Origin: Dudresnaya verticillata | Lineage: Eukaryota | DNA: 64,000 bases | Reading direction: 5' to 3' | Assembly: GCA_977862235.1 (NCBI GenBank) | Contig: OZ374559.1 | Location: 1,302,001-1,366,000 of the forward strand | Shown: positions 45,327 to 58,100 of the stretch, piece after piece | Layout: the number at the start of each line of letters is the position of its first letter | Position numbering within the stretch: position 1 is the first letter of the stretch | Position numbers and translations under genes: made by a program | Notes under the pieces: generated by a model | Told to the model about the DNA's origin: nothing | The model's input: the letters and a program-made list of their open reading frames with translations, nothing else | Database searches by the model: none

Positions 45327-48028
45327 GGCCTACTAGCAGGCGACTGCGGGAGTGGTGGAGGCGGCGGAAGGCTTCGGGAGCCAGGTCTGGGCGACCGTGG
45401 CGCCGTCGGCGTATGTTTCGGAGTGTCCACTGGATGATTCAATCCCCCTTGAAATTGGCCATGGCCATTCCGGCTGGGGGCAGACCCCAAATTTTGAGGA
45501 GGCCCCCTCGATGGCCCTGCTCCACGTCCTGGCGACGCATAATCGGGTTGTTCCCTACGGGTATTCCCCGGGGCGAAATCAGGCAGTCGCCCTATGGTGG
45601 CTAACCATGCCTTCTGTTCGCGAGACAGTTGATAAAACTGCTGGCGTTTTAGTACCTCAAATGACGGTTCATCCGTACGAGCCAGATATGGGCAATTCGG
45701 CTTTTTATGGCCCACGCCCAGACACTCGAAGCATATGTCATTTGGCCTGTCTTCGACAGCCACCCAACCGGGACGTTGTGTCCTTGTGGGCTGAGCCCAC
45801 GCAGGCATCCTGTGGTTGTAGTTCTGAAGGACTGCGTCCACATCGCCATGGTATGGATGGTCACTCAACGCCGCAGACCACGAGTCTGATTGGGTTACGC
45901 TGGACGGAGGCGCTTCGTGATCAATGGCTGCAACCACTGCGTCCTCACTGTCGGCCTCAGAGCTGCTGCTCTTCGAGGAATCGGTGTCTGACGACTGTTG
46001 AGTCCTATTTTGCCGAATGAGGAGCGCTCTACCAGACTTGTGTGTCTTGACCCGTGCCAGGGTTTTGCGAGGTAACGAGGAGCTCGCCTTCTTGAGACGA
46101 GCACCACCCGCAAGGGCGCGGTGCGAATCTCCCTGAGCTGTCGCTAACTCGACGTAGTCGGCTAGTCGCGCGGAGCGCGGGTCCAGAGAGGACGTACTTA
46201 GAAGCGGTTTCACCGCTGGTAGTAGCCCGCGTATAAAACGCGTTATCAAGTCTTGTTCCGAGTAGACTCCCGCGACCTTTCGCGCCTTATTCTGTAGACG
46301 TCTTGAAAAAGAGACTTCGTCTTCCTCTGACCCTTGGGTCATCGTATCCATTTCAGAAGAAATCTGTTCAATGTAAACCTCTTTGGCGTAAGTCCGCAAG
46401 AGGTAATTTATGGCCTCGGGCCACTCATTGAATCCGCCATTGTCGTCTCCGGCCGCGTCGAAATTTGCTTCGAACATGTCCTTCGCGTCCTTTTCAAGGA
46501 ATTCAGGTATGACCAGGATGGCCGCTCCTTCGCTCACTTGGGCTTGGTCCAACTGTCTCTTCAAGGTGGCTAGAAAGCCTATGATGGAAACTGGATCTCG
46601 CCCATCGAATCTCCGACTCCTCATTACGGATTTAATCCGCTTGATCTTTTTCGAGGTGGCTTCCGTTACCTCGGGCCCACGATATGCATCGACATTCAAT
46701 AATCGGTATCTCCGATACGAAAGTACCTGTATGAACGCCGGGTTTCGTGGAGTTAACTCCTTGATTCCCGCTCGACGCGGTCCTCGCCAGGAGCTCCAAG
46801 AGGGTCTTGAAAGACCTCGTGACGTTGGCTCGTCCTCGTCCGATTGCATCGGCGCTGGGTATGAGGCGTTTCGACGCTGCCCCTCATCATTACGGCTTGA
46901 AAGCCGGTCCTGACGGGCGTCCCGTGTATTTCGACATACAGTGGGACCGTGCGATGATCGGCAATCACACCGGGGGTGTGTGGACTTCCTACGGCTAAGG
47001 TCGTCCTGTCCAGACTCCCCCTCCGAGTCACGTCTTGGAGACGTCCTGTGACGGTCCCTCGTGCCGCGGGGCACGGGGGAGCGTCGCCGCTCGACCTCAG
47101 GGATCAAATCCCTTTCGCGACTGAGTCGTCGCATCCTTGCTTCCAGCAATGAAACCTTCCGCTTTTCTGCATCAAGCTCTTGTCTTAAGAGCTCGATCGC
47201 TCTGTCTTGTTCGACACACCTTGTGTCGTCTACGTTTCTACGAACGTCTTCTATAGCCATTAAGGCTTCTTCTCGAGTTAGGTCGGTGACCTTAGTAAGC
47301 GTATGGAGGTTTCCATGGACGGCGTTCAATTGGTCACCTAGTGAGTCCATTTGCGCTTGCAGGGTTTCGACCCTCTCTTCTTCTAATCCTCTAAGAGGAC
47401 CTTGCTGGAATCGAGACTCCATCTCCTGTTGGCACTTAGCCAAAAGGCGGTCGTCACGGCGCGCCGACGCCTCGTCGATATATCGCTTGACTTTTAGAAA
47501 GGTGTCATCGGCTTGACTCTCCAGGAGCGCCACGACACTCGTCGTCAATGATCTCTCGATTCCCAACTCGACCATCCGTCCTATTTCGCGCTCTGTAAAG
47601 CAGCGGACGTCCGACGAATGGTACTTCGTTCTTGACGGCAGCCCTACGTCCGGGGCGGCCGTGGTATCATCATATTGGGCTCGTCCGCCCATGGCTTTCT
47701 GGCTGGCTAAAGCCAGAGGCGGCGGCATCATTCCAGGGTTCGAATCCTCATCCTCCCCGATGTTGGCGGGGACTTCTTCCACGGTTCGAACCGTACATTC
47801 TCCTTCCGGGACCTGGTCCCTGCCTGGTCCAGGTATTTCTTCTCCAGCCGGGGCGCCCGTCATTCGAGGAGGGTGTCCCGGCTGACCCATTACGGGATTA
47901 ACTGCGAGAGCGGTAGAGGTTGCGCGGGTGCGGACCCCAGTCGTTCTCACGGAGGCAAGACTGCCTGATCGGCTTGCTCCCCGGCTCGATAGTCCGGGCA
48001 GGGTAGTATCGCCATTAGAAGTTGGCAT
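45317..48028 (-). CDS. gag: Element C Gag (~903 aa)
   Basis: SYRRYRL, FDGRDP, WPEAINYLLRTYA, CFECLGVGHKKPNC. N-terminal coiled-coil-like region. Confidence 0.9.
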   Translation of the reverse strand: MPTSNGDTTLPGLSSRGASRSGSLASVRTTGVRTRATSTALAVNPVMGQPGHPPRMTGAPAGEEIPGPGRDQVPEGECTVRTVEEVPANIGEDEDSNPGMMPPPLALASQKAMGGRAQYDDTTAAPDVGLPSRTKYHSSDVRCFTEREIGRMVELGIERSLTTSVVALLESQADDTFLKVKRYIDEASARRDDRLLAKCQQEMESRFQQGPLRGLEEERVETLQAQMDSLGDQLNAVHGNLHTLTKVTDLTREEALMAIEDVRRNVDDTRCVEQDRAIELLRQELDAEKRKVSLLEARMRRLSRERDLIPEVERRRSPVPRGTRDRHRTSPRRDSEGESGQDDLSRRKSTHPRCDCRSSHGPTVCRNTRDARQDRLSSRNDEGQRRNASYPAPMQSDEDEPTSRGLSRPSWSSWRGPRRAGIKELTPRNPAFIQVLSYRRYRLLNVDAYRGPEVTEATSKKIKRIKSVMRSRRFDGRDPVSIIGFLATLKRQLDQAQVSEGAAILVIPEFLEKDAKDMFEANFDAAGDDNGGFNEWPEAINYLLRTYAKEVYIEQISSEMDTMTQGSEEDEVSFSRRLQNKARKVAGVYSEQDLITRFIRGLLPAVKPLLSTSSLDPRSARLADYVELATAQGDSHRALAGGARLKKASSSLPRKTLARVKTHKSGRALLIRQNRTQQSSDTDSSKSSSSEADSEDAVVAAIDHEAPPSSVTQSDSWSAALSDHPYHGDVDAVLQNYNHRMPAWAQPTRTQRPGWVAVEDRPNDICFECLGVGHKKPNCPYLARTDEPSFEVLKRQQFYQLSREQKAWLATIGRLPDFAPGNTRREQPDYASPGRGAGPSRGPPQNLGSAPSRNGHGQFQGGLNHPVDTPKHTPTAPRSPRPGSRSLPPPPPLPQSPASRPKN

Positions 48029-48416
48029 TATTGCCACTCTTGTTCTCGGCTCTGCCGATGAGGTAGCGGGGACTTCTTCCCAAGCTTCTCGACGGTCCAG
48101 AACCGTAAGATTACACGTGTTTTCTCAGGTTGCACGGAAAACCTGTTGAAGCGGGCTCAACCCGGGCGTCAATCCGCCGTTGAGGGACACTTCTGGGGAC
48201 GGTTTTAAAACCGTTAAATGTAGTTTGCTTGCTCACAAGATTTGACGTCACTCCGGAGCTTAATATAAAGCGTAGAAACCGTCGACAATTAGACGACTAG
48301 GGTTTTACCCTTCGAAGGAAGATTCTTGAAACTTCAACGGACAGCGTCCTGTCTTGAATATCTTGACTCGACCCGTCGAGGGTAAGGTAGAAAAAGGGTC
48401 CGACCCTGAGAACTTG

Positions 48417-48434
48417 TTCTAGGTCGGCAGACCA
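48417..48434 (-). promoter_or_regulatory. Element C primer-binding site
   Basis: Minus strand TGGTCTGCCGACCTAGAA, 17/18 identical to the D and G PBS. Confidence 0.85.
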
Positions 48435-48435
48435 C

Positions 48436-49162
48436 TGTAGTAGAATGGCTTTGAAGCCAACAGAGACGGCGACACGGCACGACAGCTGTCCTCAAAGAGC
48501 GATCCCACTCGCGTGGTTGGTAGCTTGGTAAAGGGGTGGTAGAGACTTGAAAGGGCTTAAAGCCCTAACGAAGGAAAAAGGGAAAGGCGAACCCCGCTGA
48601 ATAGAGCAATTCGTCGTAGACGACAGGGCTTGTAGACGCCCAAAGGGAAGTTGTAGCGGTAGCACCGTAAGCGTGCAAAAAGGGGAAAACCCAAGGCACA
48701 GACCGCTGCCGGTTTAGTGCCGGGCCCCTGCTACTTAGGGGCCCCATAAATACGGCGAGAGCCGAAAAGGTGCTCCTCGCTCAGTTAGAGCTCTATGGCT
48801 AATACTTAGCTAATACTGTACAATACAGGTAGGATATGTCCTTAGATAGGAATGAGTGGTCAGGCCACAAGGCGAGCGCGGCGCCACTGTCAGGCGCCGC
48901 GCTGCAAACATCCGCCAGCAATGCATGGCGCGATGGTGCGGCCATAGTTAATCCCCAAAAGGCACAGTGCCATATCATCTGGAGCAGTGTGCCTTACAGA
49001 TCAGCTCTGTACACATGTTGCCTTACAGCGCAGGAGCGTTCCAGCAATGAAATCAATCGGAGCACCAGCCATACCACCCGGGCAGTTGTGCGCCTGTCAT
49101 TCCTTACAGAGGACTCGTGTCCACGTGGCTCCTTACAGGGCGTCAACGCCCGTTATACCACA
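48436..49162 (-). repeat. Element C 5' LTR (727 bp)
   Basis: About 14 substitutions and 1 indel versus the rejoined 3' LTR. Confidence 0.94.
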
Positions 49163-49239
49163 ACCGATGCCCGTTTAGTTCGGGTCCCCTGATACTCAGG
49201 GCCCAATAAATACGGCGGGAAGCCGAAAATGCTACCCAC

Positions 49240-49913
49240 TGTGGTGTAGTGAAAACCCACGAACTCCGAGACAGACAGCTGGCCTGACTTTCCTTAACGG
49301 ACGAGAGCAACACTACCTCCACAGGGTGGTAGAGCAGTTCGGACCGAGAGGGGAGAACAGCGAACGGCTAACCGAGACGGATATTGGGAAGCAACAGACA
49401 AGGGGGTGGTACAAGTGCCGGGACGGACTCCGTAACGGTAGTGGTGATAGACCGCAACGAGCTCGGCGCGGGGAAAACCGTAAAGGATTGGGCTAAGGTT
49501 GTTACCCGTTTACCTTAGGAGCCGCTGCGGTGCCGCCCTGATATACAAGTCAAGGTGGCACCGAGCGGTCCGGTCCGTGTGGGCCAGATCCTAGTGGTCT
49601 TGTCCTGTAGTGGAATCGGACCTGCTGGTCCCAATCTCCGACACGGACATGCGCAGCATTCTCATTGGCTGGCGCACTACTCTACATACTGTACAAATAC
49701 TCACTAAACATAAAGAATAAACACTACAAATACTCCGGTATGCTTGGTGCGCTGCACTGCTGTACAGCAGTGCGTACCGGCGTACAGCAATGCGCACAAC
49801 ATCCGACACGGTTACACGTTGCCAGATCATCAGCGTGGCGTATTGCCACATCACCCGTTACGGTTGGCTCGCCGTCGGCGTACCGCATGCGCGCCACGGC
49901 TCACTTCACCACA
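49240..49913 (-). mobile_element. Solo LTR F (674 bp) inserted in solo LTR B
   Basis: TGTGGTGTAGTGA...TCACTTCACCACA (12/13 inverted). TSD CCCAC at 49235-49239 and 49914-49918. Orientation inferred from the GCTCTACC motif. Confidence 0.9.
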
Positions 49914-50269
49914 CCCACTCTAAGTTAGAGTTATAATACTGACAGTTACCTAATACTGTACACTACATGGTGGATTACAATCCAATCATAGGAACGAGTC
50001 GTAGTACCACTACGAGGTACGGGCGCGCAGCTGTGTGGCGCGAAATGCCAAAAATATGGGTGACCAGGATTAAGCAACCAATGATACTCATCCATCTCAA
50101 CCATCGCACCCTCGGGCGCCTCATGCCTTACAAGCGTCGTCCGTACACGTGTGTGTGCTTACAGCGCTCGGGCGTTCATTATTCCACAGTGGGTGGTAGC
50201 TGTGATAGAGCGGTAGTATCGGCAGTGTGCGCCGTCGACGGTGGGGGAACTACGGCTTTGAAGCCTTAT

Positions 50270-51392
50270 TGTGGCAGAATGCATGCTGTCAGCAGAAGGG
50301 CTTACAGGAGCGCACTCCTTTTTGCGGGACAGACGGTCCCTTGATCGGGACAGCTGTCCTTTCATCGCTGCACACGTCGACAACACGTGTGTACACGTGG
50401 CCAACACATGGCCTACACGCGGCCTTACAGCTGTACACGTGGCTTACACGTGGCATTATGAGGACGCCAATTGGACGATGCATATTGGCTGATTTATGAC
50501 GCGACGCTGCGCTCCTACTCATGGACGAGGAGCGCCCCCGCGCGCGGGGTATCGACAATGCAGCCGACAGCCCGGCTTGAGCACCGGTCTTGTCGTAAAA
50601 CAGGCGTTGACGCCCTGTAAGGAGCCATGTGGACACGAGTCCTCTGTAAGGAATCGCCGGCGCACAACCGCCCGGGTGATATGGCTGGCTTACAGATTGA
50701 TTTAATTGCGGAAGCGCTCCTGCGCTGTAAGGCAACGCGAGTGCAGCTTTAATCAGTCAGGAACACAGCTTCATGTAGTGCCAGGGGGTCCCCCTTTTTC
50801 GCTTTCAAGCGGGTTGATATGCCGCGTCTACCGACGGATGGCCGCCAACGGCGCGTTCAACCCGCCCGCGGCGCAAACACGTCACCGACGCATACGGCTT
50901 GCCACCTGGGCCAGAACGGCTCACTTCGGGTGCAGACTGCACACCTGAACCCGGGGTACTGTACGGCGCCACGCGTGCGCGCGTGGCGCAGTGGCGGGAA
51001 CGTTCGCTGTAAGTGTGGCCCGGATCCGGATCCAATCGGGATCCCACATCGGGATCAGACATCGGGATTAAGAGGTGTAAGGCACGCGCCTGTAAGCCTG
51101 GCGCGTTCGCATTGCTGGCCCGAATCCGGATTGGATCGGGACTAGCGCGGATCGAGATCGCACACACCAGGAGGCGCGTGCGGCTGTAAGGAAGTACATC
51201 CACGTGTAGGTGTAAGGACTTGAGTGGGGAAGCTACGCGTGATCTGTCAGGAGCGTGGCTGCATGACGGACGGATCTGTCAGACGCGCCTCGGGACAACA
51301 CGTGTCCCGAGTTCCCGCGCGGCGCCCGCGCACGCGTCACCGCCGTTAGGTAGTTCTATTCTTAGTTGATCCGTCCCAGACGTTGAGGTAAA
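50270..51392 (+). mobile_element. LTR-like sequence H/I (one or two truncated LTRs, candidate starts 50270 and 50591)
   Basis: TGTGGCAGAAT at 50270. From 50591 (TGTCGTAAAACAGGCGTTGACG) ~145 bp match the U3 start of the C LTR. Far ends and TSDs are outside the window. Confidence 0.55.
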
Positions 51393-52183
51393 TGTGGTGC
51401 AACGCCCAGGCCCTCTCCGAGCTGGGGGTTGATAACCCCATTTATGCGCGTGATCGCTCGCGCGCGTCCGCGACGCGCGCCGCCAAGCTGGGCTTTCCCA
51501 TTGGGCCGTGGCTGACCACTACCGCGGGCCCGCGCCCACACTTGGAGCTTTCCCCCGCCGTCGCCTTTACAGGGCCGCACTCGCCGCCTTACAGCCACCG
51601 CCACGCAAGCGCGCACAAGACACGCGCAACACACGTGACACGTGCACACGCGCACACGCACGCGTCATTACAAGTCTTACAGCGTGCTGGTGTCGGTGTA
51701 CGTACAGTAGGTACACTGTGCTACTGTAGTGTTAGTTTATTGTACTCTAGTGTTAGTTTATTTGCTAGTGTACAGTAGCCCTAGTCGCCACCGCCGCGGC
51801 GCCGCCGCCGGCGGTGGGACTTAAGGGGCTAGGACCGACCTCCTACAGTAAACCCAACCAAGCTTCGGCTCCACACTTAGGGTACCCCCTACCTCCGTGC
51901 GCTTGGCGAGTGAAGCCATCGCGGAGCTAGGCTACGTATGCCTGTGGTGCTGACACCTTTTCTACCTTCGTGTTCACACGCTTGTTGTGCCGGTGCCCCC
52001 ACCTTCTGGCTCACTGCGTGCTCACACGGCTTTGGTGTGTGTTTACAGTCCGCACACTGGGGCCTTCCCCTTGCTCTACCCTACCACGCACTGACGCGCT
52101 CACACGCGTCACCGCGGCTACCCTCCCACGTCGGACTCGTGGGTTGTGTTGGTTGCGACCCTCATTCGGAGGGTTGCACTACA
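51393..52183 (+). repeat. Element G 5' LTR (~791 bp)
   Basis: TGTGGTGCAAC...GTTGCACTACA (10/11 inverted). The end could be 52185. Partner LTR not in window. Confidence 0.75.
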
Positions 52184-52189
52184 CATTTC

Positions 52190-52207
52190 TGGTCTCCCGA
52201 CCTAGAA
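52190..52207 (+). promoter_or_regulatory. Element G primer-binding site
   Basis: TGGTCTCCCGACCTAGAA, identical to D. Confidence 0.87.
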
Positions 52208-52334
52208 TCCCACCCGATTGGAGCTTTCTCCGTCCATTCGGGTTCTCCCGCTTTTCTTCCTGCCCCGCCGACCTTTCCGATTGGTCGGCCGCTTCGTTCT
52301 GCTTCCAAGGGCTCTCCCAAAACGCACGCGCGTT

Positions 52335-55174
52335 ATGGTGAGACCACCTACCTCGAGCCGCAAGGCGAGCTCGCTCACTTCGGAGCCCCGCCGCTCCCTC
52401 CGCTTTCAAAGTCACCCGCCGCCGAATCCGGGACCAAGCCCGTCGATTGGACAGCTGTTCAGCCGCTCGCGCGTTGGTGCCGACAGCCAGCGAACGGGTG
52501 ATCCCGCGGAACCGACGGCGAGCGCTTCGAACGCCGGACTGCCAATGGCGTCCAACGCTCCGCCGGCAATGCCGACCGCAACCATTCCCTTCACGGGAAC
52601 TCCCGCCAGTTCGACCACGAACGTGGGACTTCCCGTCTCCCAGGCGCCTTCTCAGGCGCCCGAACCGATCTCTACGGGTTATCCCGCTCCGCAGGCGCCT
52701 TCGCAGGCCGCTGCTTATTCAACCTCGGGTTATCCCGTCTCGCAGGCGCCTTCACAGACGCCTGCGTCCAATTACACGGGTTATCCCGATCCGGCTTCGA
52801 CCGCCACGGCACCTTTGGCGCCGTCGGCATCGGCCCCGGAGTCTACAGTCAGCGCCCCTGTGGCAAGGGCGCCGACTGTAGATCAAACAGCGGATGATCC
52901 GCAAGGCCACGCACCGTCTCGCGACGGTCCGGCCAACACCGCACCCGTTAACGGGTCTCCTGCGCCTCGCAGACAACGGGTTAGCCCGATTCGTTCGCCG
53001 GAACCGGCGCCTCCGCCGCCGTATCCGGAAAGCCCAACGGCCGGAGCAACGGGTAATCCCGAGCCTGCCAGCGTCCACATCGCCTCAGGACTCACTGTCC
53101 CAGGGCGGCGGTCCGCGAGATTTGCATCTCACAGGACGCCGTCTTGGTGGACAACCTGGCACAGCGAATGGACGCGGCAGTGGCGCAGTTCACGGCGACC
53201 TGTCGTGAACAGTTTAATGGAGTTAACTCCCGTATACAGGACCTCGAAGGCCAAGTCGCTGCGCTTAACACGCGCGTCGACGCCGGTGCCTCCGGGAATT
53301 GTCCCCATGGCGATCACGCCCGACGCGATGAAGTCAACCGCGAACTACGCACCCTCCGGGCAGACGTTAACCGTCTCCTGGAAGAGCGAGCTGCAGGGGC
53401 TGACCCCATCTCACGGGATCGCCCGATACGCGAAGGAGAGACCCGCAGCCCACTCTCGTGTGGGCGCGGTCCGGGGGACGTCGAGAACCCGGATCGCAAT
53501 GGGTACACCCAAGCCGAACGCGACGCACGCGAGTACGACTGGGTTGTCCCAGTCGGAACGGACCTCCGCATCATCGACGCGGAGGCGCGGCGTGCTGAAG
53601 CGCGGCGTGCACGCGAGCACCGGACCCGAAGTGGACGCGGTGATCGTGGTCGCGCAAAGGACAGGAAGAGGCGTGGTCGTCATCACGATGACGGTGACTC
53701 GTCCCCTTCCTCGTCCTCTTCTGGAGATCACTCCCATAATTCGGATTCATCCGACAGCGGTTCCGAGGGTCGCCCATCGGCCCGCCGCAATACGCGTAAA
53801 CGCGGAAGGAAGTACAGGGGGCTGAAGGAGCTCACGCCCACGAACCCCCTGTTCGACCGGCTACTGTCCTACAGGACATATCGGCTGGCCGACACTTCCC
53901 AAAGGCGCTCGAGCCGCCAAACTGGTAAGGTCAAAGACCAAATCAAGCGGCTCGAGTTGACCTTACGCGACTGCGCGTTTACTGGGGATGACCCCGTGCT
54001 CATTCTTGACTTCCTCTCAAGGTTTGTCGACGAGGCCGACACCTTAGAGATGAATGAGGCCCAGGCGTTCATCGCCCTCCCGTACTTCCTCCGTGGAACT
54101 GCTTCGCAGCAGTTCCGGAGTGTACGCGGCGCGTCATCGCGAGCAGATGGTGGAATCACCTCGTGGCCGGAGGCCGTGCAGTACTTACTGCGCACGTATG
54201 CGACGCCTAGCGCCATACGTGAGGCCACCCTCGCTCTTCGTGCAATCACGCAACGGCCGGGTGAGACGGCGTCCGCGTTTGCGATGCGCCTTTCTAAAGG
54301 GTGTCATCGCTGCGGCAACATCTACCCGGCCTGGGAGAAGATGACTCTGTTCATCGACGGGCTGGACCCTACCATCCGCTCCCATGTTGCGCGCCATCGC
54401 GAAGAGACCCGGCGAGGTGAACTCACCTTTGAGCACCTCATCCACTTTGCGCAGGACGAGGGCGACGCCCATCGCGCACGAACGGGTGCATCCCGCAGAC
54501 CAGGGGTAGTCCCCGCTTCGCCGACTACGGCCAGAGCCCGTCTTCCGCCTTCAACGGCGCGAGGGCGTGGTCAAGCGTTGCTCGCTGAGTCCTCGGTGGA
54601 ATTCCGGGACTGCAGCGAGCGCGAACACGGGGTCACCCGAAACAATGATGGTGACTTACACCTACTTCGAACGGACACGTCGTCGTTCCCAACGACGGAC
54701 CCCCCCACCGATACCGGTTACGGTACGGAAGACGACCCGGCGCTGGCCATGGGCCCAAGGCACATCCCCGCGCCGCGCGTCGCATTTCAGGAGCATTCTC
54801 CAGGGTTCGAGCGATCTCGTCCCGGTTGGCAGGACCGCCGCCCAAGTCGCCCGATGGCCCAACGTCCAGCAGGTCGAGGGCCAACGGTGATCTGCCACGC
54901 GTGTTACGGTCGAGGGCACTACGCTGCGGAGTGCACCCTCACATACCGTGAGCGCGGGCAGATCATCATCAACTTCGAGGCGCTCACGGACGAAGAGCAG
55001 GCCCAAGTGCCGGCGCGCAGCTACTCTGAGCAGCTGCACACCCGGTACCTGGCCCAGCAACACAACGCCAGCGAGCGTTCTCGATCACCGGGTCCACCCG
55101 CAGCACGGACGTCGGAGCGCCATCCGGGTGTGCTTCGCCGTACCCCGCCGGCTCACCACGAGCCGAAAAACTAG
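52335..55174 (+). pseudogene. gag: Element G gag, one frameshift near 53103
   Basis: Pro/Ala/Ser-rich N-terminus from ATG 52335 joins the 53144..55174 frame by homology to E Gag. SYRTYRL, CHACYGRGHYAAEC. Confidence 0.85.
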
Positions 55175-58100
55175 GCCGGGTTCCGCCTTTCCAGGCAGGG
55201 GAGTCACCTCCCCATGTTCCAACACGGGAGGCGACTGGGAACGCCGAGCCAACAAAGGAGTCAGCTCCATCAACAGGGGTTAACCCCAACAAAGGTGTTA
55301 ACACCAAAGCGCAGACGCTCTACCGGCCCCCACACTTGAGGGACCGGGTCTTCGTCATGGCCAAGCGTAACTATAAGGTATATGCCGACATTGGCAGCAC
55401 CACCGCGGCCATGACGAGGAAGTTGAGTGTTCTCGATACCGGGGCAGGCCCCAACTTCATTCGGAAAACTGAAGTGGCGCCCTCCGCACTGGAGGCGCTG
55501 CGCACGGGTAATATCCCAAAGATCGCCGACGCGAACAACAACGCGATCAAGACCCTAGGAACCTTGGGTCTTGTGGTCCGCTTGGGCCGGCGCGTTGTGA
55601 AGCTGGACTTCATCGTGTGCGACCGGCTCGCCGCACCCGTCATACTTGGGTGCGACTTCTGCGACCGGTTCGTGGAGGTGATCCACCCACGCTCAAGGGA
55701 AGTAGAGATGGACGATGGCACAGTAGTGCCCATCACTCGTCGTCCACTCTCCCACCTCCCAGCTGCACAGCGGTTAACCGCAAGTGATCTCGAGCCTAGC
55801 TCGATCACGGGGCGCTTGTCGCCAAAAATTCGGATCGCCGAAAAGGTAGTAATACCTGAGCGGTCGCAGAAGTGGGTGCGGGTCACCACTGAACGGGCGG
55901 GTACAATATGCATCCAGCCCTGTGACTCCACTTACCAGCGACATGGCGTCCTCGCCACAAATGGGATTGCCCAAGTAACGCCGAACGAACCGTTCCGCAT
56001 ACTCGTCGCGAACTTCTCCGCGACGAAGCGCTTGCTCCCCAAGGGGCAAGTCGTCGCAACCGCCCTGCCGCACCCCACTGCCGTCATCCCCAGCGACGTG
56101 CAGCTGGGGGATATGTTGGGCATCGCGACGACGGAAGCGGACGAGTTACGTAACGTGGAAAGCACGAAACAAACGGGTCAACCCGCAACGACCCCCCCTC
56201 ACCGGGGGACGCACAGGAGATGACTCCAACTGTCGACGACGTCGACCTTAGCCACTTACCCGCTGCTCATCAAGAGCGGGTAAGACGGTTACTTCAGCGG
56301 TTCTCCGCCATGTGGGATGGTTCCCTAGGTGAAATCACCACGACGGAGCATTACATTGACCTCCTTCCCGGCGCGCGCCCGTTCGCCTCGCCTCCCTACA
56401 GGGCGGGGCCGCGGCAGCGCCAGCTTGCACAGGAAGAGGTCAATCGCATGCTCCGTCACGGCGTCATCGAGCCCGCTCAATCGCCTTGGGCCTCGCCAGT
56501 GGTGTTTGCACCTAAGAAAGACGGAACGCTCTGATTTTGCATGGATTACCGCCGCATCAACGCGATGACAGTCCGGGATACATACCCGCTCCCCCGTATC
56601 GACGAGTGCATTGACTCGTTGGGGGAGGCTAGCGTGTTCACCACGTTGGACTGCAATAGCGGGTATTGGCAAATCCCGATCGCTGCGCGTGATCGCGATA
56701 AGACGGCTTTCACCTGCCACGCGGGACTCTTTCGCTTCAAGCGGATGCCCTTCGGGTTGACCAACGCACCGGCGACTTTCCAACGTACCCTCGACATTTT
56801 GTTGGCAGGATACAAGTGGAAGTCGTGCTTGGTCTACCTCGATGATGTTATCATCTTCTCGAAGGACATCGAGTCCCACTACGGGCATGTGGAGGAGATC
56901 CTCAACGCGCTTCATCGTGCTGGTGTCACGCTCAAGCTGAATAAGTGCGACCTGTTCACGGACACCGTCACCTACCTCGGCCATGTTATTAAGCCAGGAA
57001 GGTTGGTGGTTGACCGGACAGTGACGGCCGCACTTCGAGAGGCGCAGCACCCGCGAACGCAGAAGGAGCTTCGCTCCTTCCTGGGACTTTGCAACGTCTA
57101 TCGACGCTTTGTCCCACGCTATTCGCACGTGGCTGCGCCCCTCAACCAGCTGTTGAAGAAGGAGCAATCTCCCAAACTTGAGCCGCTTACCGGCGAACAA
57201 GATGCGGCTTTCCGCCAACTGATCCGGCTCGTTATCGAGCCGCCAGTCCTTGCGTTACCGCAAACGGGTTTACCATATTCGGTTGATACCGACGCGAGCG
57301 ACTACCAAGTCGGGTGTGCACTGTTTCAAACACACCCCGACGGCAGTCGCAAGCCGCTCGGGTTTTGGTCCCGTACGCTGAACTCATCAGAGCGGAATTA
57401 TTCCGTATCGGAGAAGGAGTGTCTGGCCGTCGTTTGGGCCGTGACTACTCTCCGCCCGTACCTCCAAATGGAGTCTTTCGTGATACACACGGATCACTCA
57501 TCATTGCGCTGGCTCATGGAGATCAATGATCCATCCAGCCGCTTGATGAGGTGGCGTTTACGCCTTTCGGAGTTTGAGTTCCAGGTGGTTTACAAGAAAG
57601 GCCACCTGAATACTCAAGCCGACGCGTTGTCACGACTCCACACCCTAGGTGAAACCACCGTGGAGATCGACGACGACGTACCGTGTTACCACGCCGAAGT
57701 TCGGGATCCACCCGCAGAGTGTGAGCCTAGCTGCACCGATGGAGATTGCGCCTTTTGTGACCACGAGGACTACCTCGGCGAGGAGCACGACGCGTTCGAC
57801 GAGCTCCTTTTGGCAACGACACCTAAGGAGTCGGACGCGCTGCTCGATCGCATCACAACAGAGGAACTCCTCAATGCCCAATTCGGGGATGCGTTCTGCT
57901 CGCAGATCCGCTCCCGTCTTAATGGGGGGGAGGGATTACCCTTTCGCATCGACGAGGACGGCGTTCTTGTACGCCTCGTCGAAGCGCGGACGCAGATCGT
58001 CATCCCATACGCGATACACGCGAGAGTGCTTCACTTGAGTCATCACTCGAAGCTTTCGGGTCATCCCAGTGGGAGGAAGTTATACTACTCCCTGCGTCAG

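Larger units (their letters stand above)
13269..49162 (-). mobile_element. Element C: full-length chromodomain Ty3/gypsy retrotransposon (~13.3 kb without nested D)
   Basis: TSD ACCGA (13264-13268, 49163-49167), LTR pair, PBS, PPT, and gag-PR-RT-RH-IN-chromodomain on the minus strand. Confidence 0.95.
12980..50188 (-). mobile_element. Solo LTR B, ~631 bp in three pieces (12980-13268, 49168-49239, 49919-50188)
   Basis: TGTAGTAGAATGG...TTATTCCACA. TSD GTGGG at 12975-12979 and 50189-50193. The rejoined pieces are colinear with the C LTR. Confidence 0.88.
12806..50269 (-). mobile_element. LTR A (outermost recognised; pieces 12806-12979 and 50194-50269; remainder not in window)
   Basis: Begins TGTAGTAGAATGGC and its first ~95 bp align with the LTR of element C. 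Interrupted by B at TSD GTGGG. Other end not seen. Confidence 0.7.

Noticed and set aside
48500..48570. tRNA gene suggested by GGTTGGTAG/TGGTAGAG motifs in LTRs
   Set aside because: No cloverleaf or T-loop. Better explained as tRNA-complementary boxes on the element strand.
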